Shown in pieces: positions 9,106 through 17,738 of a stretch of 64,000 bases of DNA (its first letter is position 1; each line of letters begins with the position of its first letter). Both the position numbers and the translations under genes were made by a program. The DNA lies in NCBI GenBank assembly GCA_036454645.1, contig JAZHSQ010000003.1, forward strand, positions 20,504 to 84,503, given 5' to 3'. The notes beneath the pieces were generated by a model that searched no databases, was not told the origin of the DNA, and saw only the letters and a program-made list of their open reading frames with translations. The stretch comes from Olsenella sp. (GTDB lineage: Bacteria > Actinomycetota > Coriobacteriia > Coriobacteriales > Atopobiaceae).

Positions 9106-9723
9106 ATGAGCGAGAAGACCGTCGAGGTGGACGCGATCGGGCTGGCGTGCCCCACGCCCGTCGTCAAGACCGTCAAGGCCATCAAGGGCCTGGAGGGTGC
9201 CGGCGTCGTGAGGACCCTCGTCGACAACGAGATCGCGGTCAAGAACCTCTCCAAGCTCGCGTCCGACAAGGGCTACGGCTTTGAGTCCAAGCAGCTCGAG
9301 GACGGCAACTTCGAGGCGACCCTGACCGTCAGCGGCTCCGAGGCCCCCGCGAGCGAGTCCGACGCCGACTTCGCCGACCCCTCCAAGAGGAAGGCCGTCG
9401 TCGTGATCTCCTCCGACATGATGGGCACGGGCGAGGAGGAGCTGGGCCACAGCCTGCTCAAGAACTTCATCTACTCCCTGACGCAGGAGGACGTCCTGCC
9501 GTCCACCATCCTGTTCTACAACAGCGGCGTCCGCATGACCTGCGAGGGCTCGCCCGCGCTCGACGACCTCAAGCAGCTCGCCGCCGCCGGGGTCGAGATC
9601 CAGTCCTGCGGCATCTGCCTCAACTACTACGGACTGACCGAGAAGCTCGCGGTCGGCGAGGTCACCAACATGTACGCCATCGCCGGCAAGCAGCTCGAGG
9701 CCTCCGTGGTCGTCAGGCCGTAG
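9106..9723 (+). CDS. yedF: Sulfurtransferase-like selenium metabolism protein (TusA/SirA + DsrE-like domains)
   Basis: VDAIGLACPTPVV (CPxP); MGTGEEELGHSLLKNFIYSL, FYNSGV, SCGICLNYY, VGEVTNMY. Confidence 0.88.
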   Translation: MSEKTVEVDAIGLACPTPVVKTVKAIKGLEGAGVVRTLVDNEIAVKNLSKLASDKGYGFESKQLEDGNFEATLTVSGSEAPASESDADFADPSKRKAVVVISSDMMGTGEEELGHSLLKNFIYSLTQEDVLPSTILFYNSGVRMTCEGSPALDDLKQLAAAGVEIQSCGICLNYYGLTEKLAVGEVTNMYAIAGKQLEASVVVRP

Positions 9724-9794
9724 CGGCCGGCCCCTTGGCGGTGCGCGCCCGGGTGCGGGTGCGGCCCAGGCGGCGCGTCCGCGTGAGAACCCAC

Positions 9795-9829
9795 GGGAGG
9801 GCGAGGCCTGCTCGCCCTTCCTTTCTCTT
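9795..9829 (+). terminator. Terminator-like hairpin between yedF and the class V PLP gene
   Basis: GGAGGGCGAG-GCCTG-CTCGCCCTTCC followed by TTTCTCTT. Confidence 0.55.
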
Positions 9830-9843
9830 AGGGAGGAGAAGCG

Positions 9844-10980
9844 ATGATCTACCTAGACAACGCCGCGACGACCATGCGCAAGCCGCCCGAGGTGGCGGAG
9901 GCCGTCGCGCGGGCGCTCCAGACGATGGGCAACGCCTCGCGCGGGGCGACCAAGGCGTCGCTGGCCGCCTCCCGGGTCGACTACGTCGCCAGGGAGCAGC
10001 TCGCCCGGCTTCTCGGCTGCCCGCGCCCGGACCACGTGGCCTTCGCGAGCAACTCCACCGAGGCGCTCAACGTGGCGATCATGGGCCTCGTCGACGCGGG
10101 CGCGCGGGTGGTGGGCACCGACCTCGAGCACAACTCCGTGCTGAGGCCGCTCTACCGCCTGCGCGACGAGCACGGCGCGGACCTCGCCTTCGCGCGCGCC
10201 GACGGCCGCGGCAACCTCGACTACGAGGACCTCGAGCGCCTCGTCACCCCGGGCACCAGGCTGGTCGCGGTGACCCACGGCTCCAACGTGACGGGCAACA
10301 TGGTCGACGTCGCCCGCGTGGTGCGGATCGCGCACGCCGTCGGTGCCCTCGTGGTGGTCGACGCCTCGCAGACCGCTGGCAGCCACGAGGTCAGCCTCGA
10401 GGGCACGGGCGCCGACGTCGTCTGCTTCACCGGCCACAAGGGCCTCATGGGCCCGCAGGGCACCGGCGGCCTCTGCGTCGCCGAGGGCGTGGAGGTCCGT
10501 CCGTTCAAGGTGGGCGGCACGGGCGTCCAGTCCTACTCGGAGACCCAGCCCGAGGAGTACCCGACGCGCCTCGAGGCGGGCACGCTCAACAGCCACGGCA
10601 TCGCCGGGCTCTCCGCCGCGCTCGACTTCATCGAGCGCACCGGCGTGAAGGCGATCGGGGACCACGAGGAGGGGCTCATGAGGAGCTTCTACGAGCAGGT
10701 CCGCGCCATCGACGGCGTCACGGTCTACGGTGACTTCGACGCCGAGGAGCGCTGCGCGATCGTCTCGCTCAACGTGCGCGACTACAGCTCCTCGGCGGTG
10801 GCCGACGAGCTCGGCGAGCGCTACGGCATCGCCACCAGGCCCGGCGCCCACTGCGCGCCCAGGATGCACCGCGCGCTCGGCACGGTCGAGCAGGGCGTGG
10901 TGCGCTTCAGCTTCTCCTGGTACAGCACGGAGGAGGAGGTCGACGCCGCCGTCGCCGCCGTGCGAGAGATCGCGCGCTAG
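9844..10980 (+). CDS. Class V PLP enzyme, cysteine desulfurase/selenocysteine lyase family
   Basis: MIYLDNAATT, EHNSV, DASQTAG, FTGHKGLMGPQG, EAGT, RPGAHCAP, VRFSFS. Confidence 0.92.
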   Translation: MIYLDNAATTMRKPPEVAEAVARALQTMGNASRGATKASLAASRVDYVAREQLARLLGCPRPDHVAFASNSTEALNVAIMGLVDAGARVVGTDLEHNSVLRPLYRLRDEHGADLAFARADGRGNLDYEDLERLVTPGTRLVAVTHGSNVTGNMVDVARVVRIAHAVGALVVVDASQTAGSHEVSLEGTGADVVCFTGHKGLMGPQGTGGLCVAEGVEVRPFKVGGTGVQSYSETQPEEYPTRLEAGTLNSHGIAGLSAALDFIERTGVKAIGDHEEGLMRSFYEQVRAIDGVTVYGDFDAEERCAIVSLNVRDYSSSAVADELGERYGIATRPGAHCAPRMHRALGTVEQGVVRFSFSWYSTEEEVDAAVAAVREIAR

Positions 10981-11002
10981 GCGCCCCGGGAGCGAGGCCT
11001 AG

Positions 11003-11081
11003 GGGAGAAGGACCCGGGGTCGGGAAGGACCCGGCTCGAGAGGGGCCCGGGTCGAGAAGGGCTCGGGGCCGGCGAGGGCCC
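11003..11081. repeat. Degenerate ~16-17 nt tandem repeat, about 5 units
   Basis: GGGAGAAGGACCCGG / GGTCGGGAAGGACCCGG / CTCGAGAGGGGCCCGG / GTCGAGAAGGGCTCGG / GGCCGGCGAGGGCCC. Confidence 0.55.
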
Positions 11082-11088
11082 ATGCGAA

Positions 11089-11128
11089 GGAGGCCGGCCG
11101 GGACGCGCTCGCGCCCCGGCCGGCCTCC
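11089..11128. terminator. GC-rich hairpin between convergent genes
   Basis: GGAGGCCGGCCGGG...CCCGGCCGGCCTCC 14-bp stem. Confidence 0.65.
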
Positions 11129-11182
11129 GGTGCTCCCGTGACGGGACCCCGGTCGCAGATGCGGCCCTGCGGCGGCCCCGGC

Positions 11183-11710
11183 CTAGCGGCCGTGGTCCTC
11201 GCGCAGGGCGTTGACCACGCTCACCGCGCCCGCATAGACGAGCGCGACGCCGCAGACGATCATCGCGAAGCTCGCCGTCGCGTAGGGCGCGAACATCACG
11301 AAGGCGCCGAAGACGATTGCCGCGACGGCCCCCACGAGGCCCGCGTTGGCACCGGGCAGGCCCAGCGCGCGCGAGGCGTTGGCGGCGAAGAGCGAGTTGA
11401 GCCCCGTGACCATCACGAAGACGCCCAGGAGCAGGAAGACCCAGGCCACGAAGAAGCCGGGCTGCGCCACGATCGCCAGCCCGAGCAGCGTGCAGAGGAT
11501 GCCGACGTAGAGCTCGGCCTGGGAGAGGATCATCCTGAGGTTGGTGAAGGCCGCGGCGAGCGAGACCACGCCGAAGACGAGGACGGCCCAGCCCAGCAGC
11601 TTGGTGATGGTCAGCATGGAGCTGAGGGGGTTGGAGAGGACGGCGACGCCCAGCAGGATGCAGATGGCGCCACCGACGACCCGGACGGCCTTGGACTGCT
11701 CGATCTTCAT
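11183..11710 (-). CDS. DUF308/HdeD-like membrane protein
   Basis: 175 aa, about 6 TM segments with repeated G..ILLG..NP / G..LLG..QP pattern. Confidence 0.8.
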   Translation of the reverse strand: MKIEQSKAVRVVGGAICILLGVAVLSNPLSSMLTITKLLGWAVLVFGVVSLAAAFTNLRMILSQAELYVGILCTLLGLAIVAQPGFFVAWVFLLLGVFVMVTGLNSLFAANASRALGLPGANAGLVGAVAAIVFGAFVMFAPYATASFAMIVCGVALVYAGAVSVVNALREDHGR

Positions 11711-11763
11711 GTGAGAGCTCCTAACGTGGGCACAGGGGCGCCCCTCGACGGGCGGCGCCGTCC

Positions 11764-12468
11764 CTAGAGGACGACGACGCCATAGACGACCAGTGAGAAC
11801 GCGAAGCTCGCGATCGCGAGCAGGGCGCAGATGCCGATGGAGCCGATCAGGAGGCCGAGCGACGTCTTGAGCGTCGCGGAGACGTCCTGGTTGGTCTTGC
11901 GGAGCGCCTCGTAGGCGCCCTGGAGCGACTCGCAGTAGAGCTGGGCCGCGCGGACGTCCTCGTCCGCGCCCGTCCGGGGCGCGCCGGCGGGGGCGGGCGC
12001 GGGGGAGCCGCCGAGCCCGTCGAGCCTGCGGGCGAGCATCTTGGGGTCGGGGGTGCCCGAGTCCCCGGGCCTCAGCCTGGAGACGGCCACGAGGATGAAG
12101 CTCGCGACCAGGAGCAGGAGCGCCACGAGGTAGGCGGTGGCGAAGGGCACCATGCCCAGGATGTAGGAGCCCGAGCCCGTGAAGAGGCGCGCCACCTCGA
12201 CGATGGCGAGGAGCGGTATGCAGACGAGCATGGTCGTGGAGGTCCTGCCCAGGGAGGCGGCGCGGTCGCGCTCGAGGTCGAGGGAGGTGTCCGCGAGGGC
12301 CGCCATGCGGCCCGCCAGGGCGGAGAAGCCCCCGCGCGCCGACGTGGCGCCGGCCTCGGCGCCCGTGGCGCCCGCGACGCCGGCCTGGGCGGCCGTCCCC
12401 TCCGTGTCGGCGCCGGCGGCGCCGTCCTTCTCGCCCGTCCGTGCGTCCCTCGCGTCGTCTGCTGCCAT
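11764..12468 (-). CDS. Hypothetical membrane protein
   Basis: GGAGG before ATG 12468 (MAADDARD); three hydrophobic segments; host-like codon usage. Confidence 0.7.
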   Translation of the reverse strand: MAADDARDARTGEKDGAAGADTEGTAAQAGVAGATGAEAGATSARGGFSALAGRMAALADTSLDLERDRAASLGRTSTTMLVCIPLLAIVEVARLFTGSGSYILGMVPFATAYLVALLLLVASFILVAVSRLRPGDSGTPDPKMLARRLDGLGGSPAPAPAGAPRTGADEDVRAAQLYCESLQGAYEALRKTNQDVSATLKTSLGLLIGSIGICALLAIASFAFSLVVYGVVVL

Positions 12469-12601
12469 GGGCCGCCCTCCCTTCGAAGTCCGGCCGGGGC
12501 TCGACGCCCCGGCTGCTCTAAGGTCACATGATAGCGGCCGCGCGGCCCGCGGGTGGGGCGCGCACGGGAAGGCCACGCGCGGCGGGCCCCGCCGCGGGGC
12601 G

Positions 12602-13453
12602 CTAGGGGCGCATGAAGGCGGGCAGGACGTCCTCGCCCGTCTCGTTGTGGCGCCGCGCGGCCTCCGCGACCTGCTCCAGGGCTATCGCGACGCCGTCCTC
12701 GGCGCTCGCGCCCACGTGCCAGCGGGCCGCCGCGGCGGCGTTGGCGTTGGCGTTCGCCACGGCGCAGGAGTTGGGGAAGCGCTCGAGCATGCCGAGGTCG
12801 TTGTCGGCGTCGCCGAAGACGCAGACCTCGTCGTCGGCGAGGCCGAGCACGCGCTGGAGGATCGCGATACCGTCGGCCTTGCCCCAGCCCCGGGGGGAGA
12901 CGTCGAGCCAGTGCACGACCGTGTTGGGGAAGACGAGGTCGGGGCAGAGCTCGGTGAGGCGGGCGGCCAGGCGCGGCAGGAGCTCGTCGTCCATCACGAT
13001 GATGCCGGCCTTGACCACGGGGTAGTCGGGGAGCTCGCGGTGGTGGCTGCCGCCGCAGATGAAGGCGCGCTCGTACATCTCGCCCAGGGCGTCGCGGGTG
13101 TCGCCGACCCAGTCGCCGAAGGCGTTGTCGCGGTAGGTGATCAGGGCGCAGCCCTTGAGGGGCGAGACGACGCGCTCGACCGCGCGGAGCTGGTCGCGCG
13201 GCAGGGTCTTCTCGTAGACGACCTCGCCGAGGTAGTAGACCTTCTGCCCGTTCACGAGGACCCCGGTGTTGAACAGGCTCGCGTCCCCGTCGAAGAAGCT
13301 CGCGATCTCGCCGCGGTCGCGGCCGCTCGCGGGGCCGAAGTCGACGCCCTGCTCCTGGCAGGCCCTGATCGCCGCGACCGTCCTGGGGGAGGCCGCCTCG
13401 CGGCCGAAGGGCACGAGGGTGTTGTCCATGTCGGAGAGGGCGAGGCGAATCAT
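12602..13453 (-). CDS. Cof-type HAD-IIB hydrolase
   Basis: LSDMDNTL, ASGR, NG, GWGKADG, FGDADNDLGM. Confidence 0.93.
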   Translation of the reverse strand: MIRLALSDMDNTLVPFGREAASPRTVAAIRACQEQGVDFGPASGRDRGEIASFFDGDASLFNTGVLVNGQKVYYLGEVVYEKTLPRDQLRAVERVVSPLKGCALITYRDNAFGDWVGDTRDALGEMYERAFICGGSHHRELPDYPVVKAGIIVMDDELLPRLAARLTELCPDLVFPNTVVHWLDVSPRGWGKADGIAILQRVLGLADDEVCVFGDADNDLGMLERFPNSCAVANANANAAAAARWHVGASAEDGVAIALEQVAEAARRHNETGEDVLPAFMRP

Positions 13454-13586
13454 GTGGCTCCAGACTCTCGGGTGCGGGCGCGCGCCCGGCCTCCGCCGGG
13501 CGGGACGCGGGGCGCCTGAACGGCGCCTTGGGTCATCCGGTCACATGGTAGCGCGCGCGGACGCGCGCCCGGGCGCCGTACGCCGA

Positions 13587-14819
13587 CTAGGCCAGCGGCT
13601 CCACGTGCCGGGGCAGGCCGCCCACGAAGAGCGGCGCGACCTCGCCCGCGACGAGGGGGCGCACGTAGTCGGCGAACTCGTCGGTCACGTCCAGGCCGTC
13701 CTCGCGGATCCACGCGGCGGGCACGCGGCGCTCCGCGTTGGCGACGGAGGAGACGTCCGCGAGGCCGTAGGAGACGAGGTAGGGGGAGTCGCCCTCGCGG
13801 CGGATGGCCGGCATCACGCCCGTCTCGCCCGCCGCCGCGGCGCGCACGGCGACGCCGCCCAGGGCCGCGGCCTCCGCGAGGTCGGTCGCGCTCGCGAGGT
13901 GGCTCGCGCAGCGCTGCAGGGTGGAGAGCTCGACGGCGCGGGTCTTGACGCCGAGCCTCTCGCCGAGCAGCTGCGCGAGGTGGCGGCCGGTGCCGGAGAG
14001 GGCCGCCGCGTGCCCGAAGGCGTCGACCTTCACGGCGCCGGTCGGGGGCTCGCACATGAGGGAGCCGTCCGGGCGGCGCGCGCCCTCGCTCGCGGCGACG
14101 ACCACGCAGCGCTTGCGGGCGAGCCGCGCGCGCACGGCCTCCACCAGCGCGTCCTCCGAGACGGGGGCCTCGGGCAGGAGGATGAGGTCGGGGCAGCCCA
14201 GGCCGTCCTGCCTGGCGAGGCAGGAGGCGCCCGCCAGCCAGCCGGCGCCGCGGCCCATGATCTCGACCACGAGGACGTTGGGCAGGTCGTAGACGGAGGC
14301 GTCGCGGCCGAGCTCGGCGACCGCGGTCGCGATGAACTTGGCGGCCGAGCCGAAGCCCGGCGTGTGGTCGGTGCCCTCGAGGTCGTTGTCGATGGTCTTG
14401 GGCACGCCGACGAAGCGGATGGGGCTGCCCGTGCGCGCGCCCCAGGCGGAGAGCTTGGCGATGGTGTCCATCGAGTCGTTGCCGCCGATGTAGAGGACCG
14501 CGTCGGCGCCGCGCGCCTCGAGGCCCGCGAAGAGGCGCTCGTAGGTGGCGGGGTCCGCCTCGGGGTCCGGGAGCTTGTAGCGGCAGCTCCCCAGGTAGCT
14601 CGCCGGCGTCTGGCGGAGCAGCTCGAGGCTCGTCTGGTCCGGCAGCGTGCGGCGGAGGTCGACGACGTCGTCCGCGAGAAGGCCCTGGACGCCGTGGCGC
14701 ATGCCCCAGGCCTCTGCCCCGAGCGCGCGGGCCGCCTCCACCACCCCGGCGAGGCTCGCGTTGATGGCGGCGGTGGGGCCGCCCGACTGACCGACGATGA
14801 CGCGCGCGTTCCAGCTCAT
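13587..14819 (-). CDS. pfk: 6-phosphofructokinase (PPi-type clade)
   Basis: GQSGGPTAAIN, LGSCRYKL, IGGNDSMDT, PKTIDND, EIMGRGAGW, DAFGH. Confidence 0.93.
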   Translation of the reverse strand: MSWNARVIVGQSGGPTAAINASLAGVVEAARALGAEAWGMRHGVQGLLADDVVDLRRTLPDQTSLELLRQTPASYLGSCRYKLPDPEADPATYERLFAGLEARGADAVLYIGGNDSMDTIAKLSAWGARTGSPIRFVGVPKTIDNDLEGTDHTPGFGSAAKFIATAVAELGRDASVYDLPNVLVVEIMGRGAGWLAGASCLARQDGLGCPDLILLPEAPVSEDALVEAVRARLARKRCVVVAASEGARRPDGSLMCEPPTGAVKVDAFGHAAALSGTGRHLAQLLGERLGVKTRAVELSTLQRCASHLASATDLAEAAALGGVAVRAAAAGETGVMPAIRREGDSPYLVSYGLADVSSVANAERRVPAAWIREDGLDVTDEFADYVRPLVAGEVAPLFVGGLPRHVEPLA

Positions 14820-14862
14820 GGTGACCTCCTGGTCGTGGGTGCGGGGCGGGGCGGCCGGCCGC

Positions 14863-15465
14863 TTAGTGCTTGGCCGGCACGGTGCAGCGCAGGAAGATCG
14901 ACATCGAGACGACGACCAGCGAGATCGAGACGCCGAGCACGAGGAGGCTCTCCCCGGCCTTGCCGCGCAGGACCTCGCCGAAGAAGAACACGACGAGCAT
15001 GACCACCACGACGCGCGCGATCCGATCCTTGATGTCGTCGAAGTCGTGGAAGGCGAGCCAGGGCGGAAGGGGGGTGCGGTCGGTCACGAAGAGCGAGAAG
15101 AGTCCGAGCGAGGTCATGTAGAGGACGGTCGAGAGAAGGAAGAAGTCCGTGTACTCGACGAACTCCACGGAGAGGTTGATCAGGTCGACGTGGCCGCCGA
15201 AGAGCTCCGCCAGCGTCCAGAAGAGCGAGGCGACCGTGACGAGCGAGAAGCTCACCGACATCACGAGCAGCGCCGTGGCGGGCACGACCGTGACGAGGCG
15301 CATCCACGAGACCACGTTGGCGGCGTGCAGCACGCCACGCTGGCGCTTGGAGCCCTCGGGCAGGAGCTGGGTGCTGTCCTTGCGCACCGCGCCCGCGCCG
15401 GACCTGGCGCTGCCGGCGTCCCCCTCTGCCGGGGCGTGCCTCGCGTCTTCGTCCGTTGCTGCCAA
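14863..15465 (-). CDS. YqhA/UPF0114 family membrane protein
   Basis: TTG 15465 after GAGGAG; EYTDFFLLSTVLY...GLFSLF...PPWLAFHDFDDIK. Confidence 0.8.
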   Translation of the reverse strand: MAATDEDARHAPAEGDAGSARSGAGAVRKDSTQLLPEGSKRQRGVLHAANVVSWMRLVTVVPATALLVMSVSFSLVTVASLFWTLAELFGGHVDLINLSVEFVEYTDFFLLSTVLYMTSLGLFSLFVTDRTPLPPWLAFHDFDDIKDRIARVVVVMLVVFFFGEVLRGKAGESLLVLGVSISLVVVSMSIFLRCTVPAKH

Positions 15466-15531
15466 GGTGGGCTCCTCGTCGTCGAATGTGGCTGGAAGCG
15501 CCGTTCGTACTGGCAACACTGTAGCGCAGGA

Positions 15532-15580
15532 GCGGCGCCCCACGCGTCGTCGGCGGCACCCCACGCGTCGTCGGCGGCGC
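15532..15580. repeat. 21-bp tandem repeat (2.3 copies)
   Basis: GCGGCGCCCCACGCGTCGTCG / GCGGCACCCCACGCGTCGTCG / GCGGCGC. Confidence 0.8.
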
Positions 15581-15990
15581 TAGTCGCGCGAGCCCGCGCC
15601 CTTCTCGCCCGCGGCGCTCGCCGCCGGCATGGGGAGGACGTAGGCGAGCGCTGCCGCCGCGCCAGCCCAGGGCGACGCACATCTGCGTGAGGGCGCTCTT
15701 GGCGAGGCCGGGATCGTGACGTCCGCGATGGCGCCGGCCCTCAGGCCGGCGCGCTTGAGGGTGTCGCGGATCCAGCAGCAGCCGGCGGTGATGAGGCCGG
15801 TGAGCCCGGCCTCGGGTCCCACGGAGCCGCCGAAGGCGAGGGGCAGCAGGAAGCTCACGACCGACTTGCCGAGGTGCTCGATGCGGTACGAGCCGGTCCG
15901 CTTGAACGAGGCCATGACCACCTCGAGCGACTCGGGCACCACGCGCGTGCGCCTCGTCCACAGCCCGACGACGAGGCCGCCCAGGACGCG
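15580..15990 (-). pseudogene. Remnant of a ClC chloride channel family gene
   Basis: VLGGLVVGLW...FLLPLAFGGSVGPEAGLTG (ClC GxSxGPE helix); no 5' end; jumps to a C-terminal-like tail after ~95 codons. Confidence 0.75.
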
Positions 15991-16002
15991 TCGCGCGTGC
16001 GC

Positions 16003-16512
16003 CTAGGCCAGCGCGCGGGCCGCCTCGAGGGCCTTGTCGTAGTCGGGGTGCTCGGTGTTCTCTGCCACGTACTCGACGTAGCGGACCACGTCGTCCTTGT
16101 CGATGACCACGATGCCGCGGTTCAGCAGCATGAGCTCCTCGATCAGGAAGCCGTAGGCCAGGCCGAAGTGGTGGCCGTTGTAGTCGGAGACGACGACGGC
16201 GTTGTCGATGCCCTTGGCCGCGCAGAAGCGGCCCTGCGCGAACGGCAGGTCGCAGCTGACGGTGATCACGGCGGTGTCGGCGAGCTTGCCGGCCTCCTGG
16301 TTGAAGCGGACGGTCTGCAGCTCGCAGACGCTGGTGTCGACGGAGGGCACGACGCTCACGAGCTTGACCTTGCCCTCGACGTCGGCGAGCGAGAAGGGCG
16401 AGAGGTCCTGCTTGACGCAGGTGAAGGCGGGCGCCTTGTCGCCGACCTTGACCTCGTGGCCGAGCAGGGTGACGGGCTTGCCTGCGAACGTGGTGACGGA
16501 ACGCTTCTCCAT
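16003..16512 (-). CDS. tpx: Thiol peroxidase (atypical 2-Cys peroxiredoxin)
   Basis: VGDKAPAF, VVPSVDTSVC, VSCDLPFAQGRFC, EHPDYD. Confidence 0.95.
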   Translation of the reverse strand: MEKRSVTTFAGKPVTLLGHEVKVGDKAPAFTCVKQDLSPFSLADVEGKVKLVSVVPSVDTSVCELQTVRFNQEAGKLADTAVITVSCDLPFAQGRFCAAKGIDNAVVVSDYNGHHFGLAYGFLIEELMLLNRGIVVIDKDDVVRYVEYVAENTEHPDYDKALEAARALA

Positions 16513-16784
16513 GCTGGTTCCTTTCTCTCGGGCCGCGGGTGCGGCCGGCCCGGACAAATGCGACCGAGTCAGTGCCATTGTACCCGCCCGTCGTGGGCGC
16601 GCGGGTGCGCCCACCGAGAAACCCCGCCGCTCGCCCGTCCGCCGGGGCGCGCCGCACGCTCCCGCGGGCGGCGCCGACGCTCCCGGAATAGTTGCTCATG
16701 CAAACCGCACGCAGGGGAACCAGAACGCTTACGGAGGGAAGGCATGCTTGCCTTCCGCATGGGTTCGAGAGGCGAGGAGGGGCC

Positions 16785-17663
16785 ATGGGCGCAGACGGAG
16801 GGGACGACGGCGAGAGGCGCGCGGACGAGAAGGACGTGGGCCAGGGGGTCCCGGCTGACGCGGGCGCGGGCGCCCATGCGGGCGCCGACGCGGCCGTGGG
16901 TGCCGACGCGCTGCCCGACTCCCCGACGGAGGAGCCGAGGCGCGGGGCGTACCACCGCGGCCCGGTCATCATGCGCGGGCCCATGATCCCCAACACCACG
17001 ACGGCGAGCCACCTGCTCTCCAACGACGGCGACACGGACTGGCTGCACATGGACCCCTGGCGCGTCCTGCGCATCCAGGCCGAGTTCGTGGACGGCTTCG
17101 GGGCGCTCGCCGAGCTGGGGCCGGCGGTCGCCGTCTTCGGGTCGGCGCGGACCCCGAGGTCGGACCCCATGTACCGCGCGGCCTGCCGCGTGGCGAGGAG
17201 GATCGCGAGCGCCGGCGCGGCCATCATCACGGGCGGCGGACCCGGCATCATGGAGGCGGCCAACTTCGGGGCGTCGCAGGTCGGCGGCAAGTCCGTGGGG
17301 CTCGGCATCGAGCTGCCGGCCGAGCCGGGCGTCAACGACTACGTGAACCTCGGCATGAACTTCCGCTACTTCTTCGTGCGCAAGACCATGTTCGTCAAGT
17401 ACTCGTCGGCCGCCATCGTGTTCCCGGGCGGCTTCGGTACCCTCGACGAGGCCTTCGAGCTGCTCACCCTCGTGCAGACGCACAAGATCGCCCGCATGCC
17501 CGTGGTCTTCTTCGGCACCTCCTACTGGAGGGGGCTCATGGGCTGGCTCGAGGGGGAGGTCGTGGAGTCCGGCTGCATCTCGCCGCTCGACCCCGAGCTC
17601 TTCGTGGTCACGGACGACGAGGACCGGGCCGTGCGGATCGCCCTGGGCGGCATCGAGCGCTGA
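16785..17663 (+). CDS. LOG family (TIGR00730) Rossmann-fold protein
   Basis: DPWRVLRIQAEF, VFGSAR, TGGGPGIMEAAN, FFVRKTMF, PGGFGTLDE. Confidence 0.93.
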   Translation: MGADGGDDGERRADEKDVGQGVPADAGAGAHAGADAAVGADALPDSPTEEPRRGAYHRGPVIMRGPMIPNTTTASHLLSNDGDTDWLHMDPWRVLRIQAEFVDGFGALAELGPAVAVFGSARTPRSDPMYRAACRVARRIASAGAAIITGGGPGIMEAANFGASQVGGKSVGLGIELPAEPGVNDYVNLGMNFRYFFVRKTMFVKYSSAAIVFPGGFGTLDEAFELLTLVQTHKIARMPVVFFGTSYWRGLMGWLEGEVVESGCISPLDPELFVVTDDEDRAVRIALGGIER

Positions 17664-17738
17664 GGGCGGCGGCCCGGGGCAGGACGCCGGGAGCGGCGGT
17701 GCGGGCGTGGCCCGGGCGGCCCGCCCGGGCCCGCCGCA

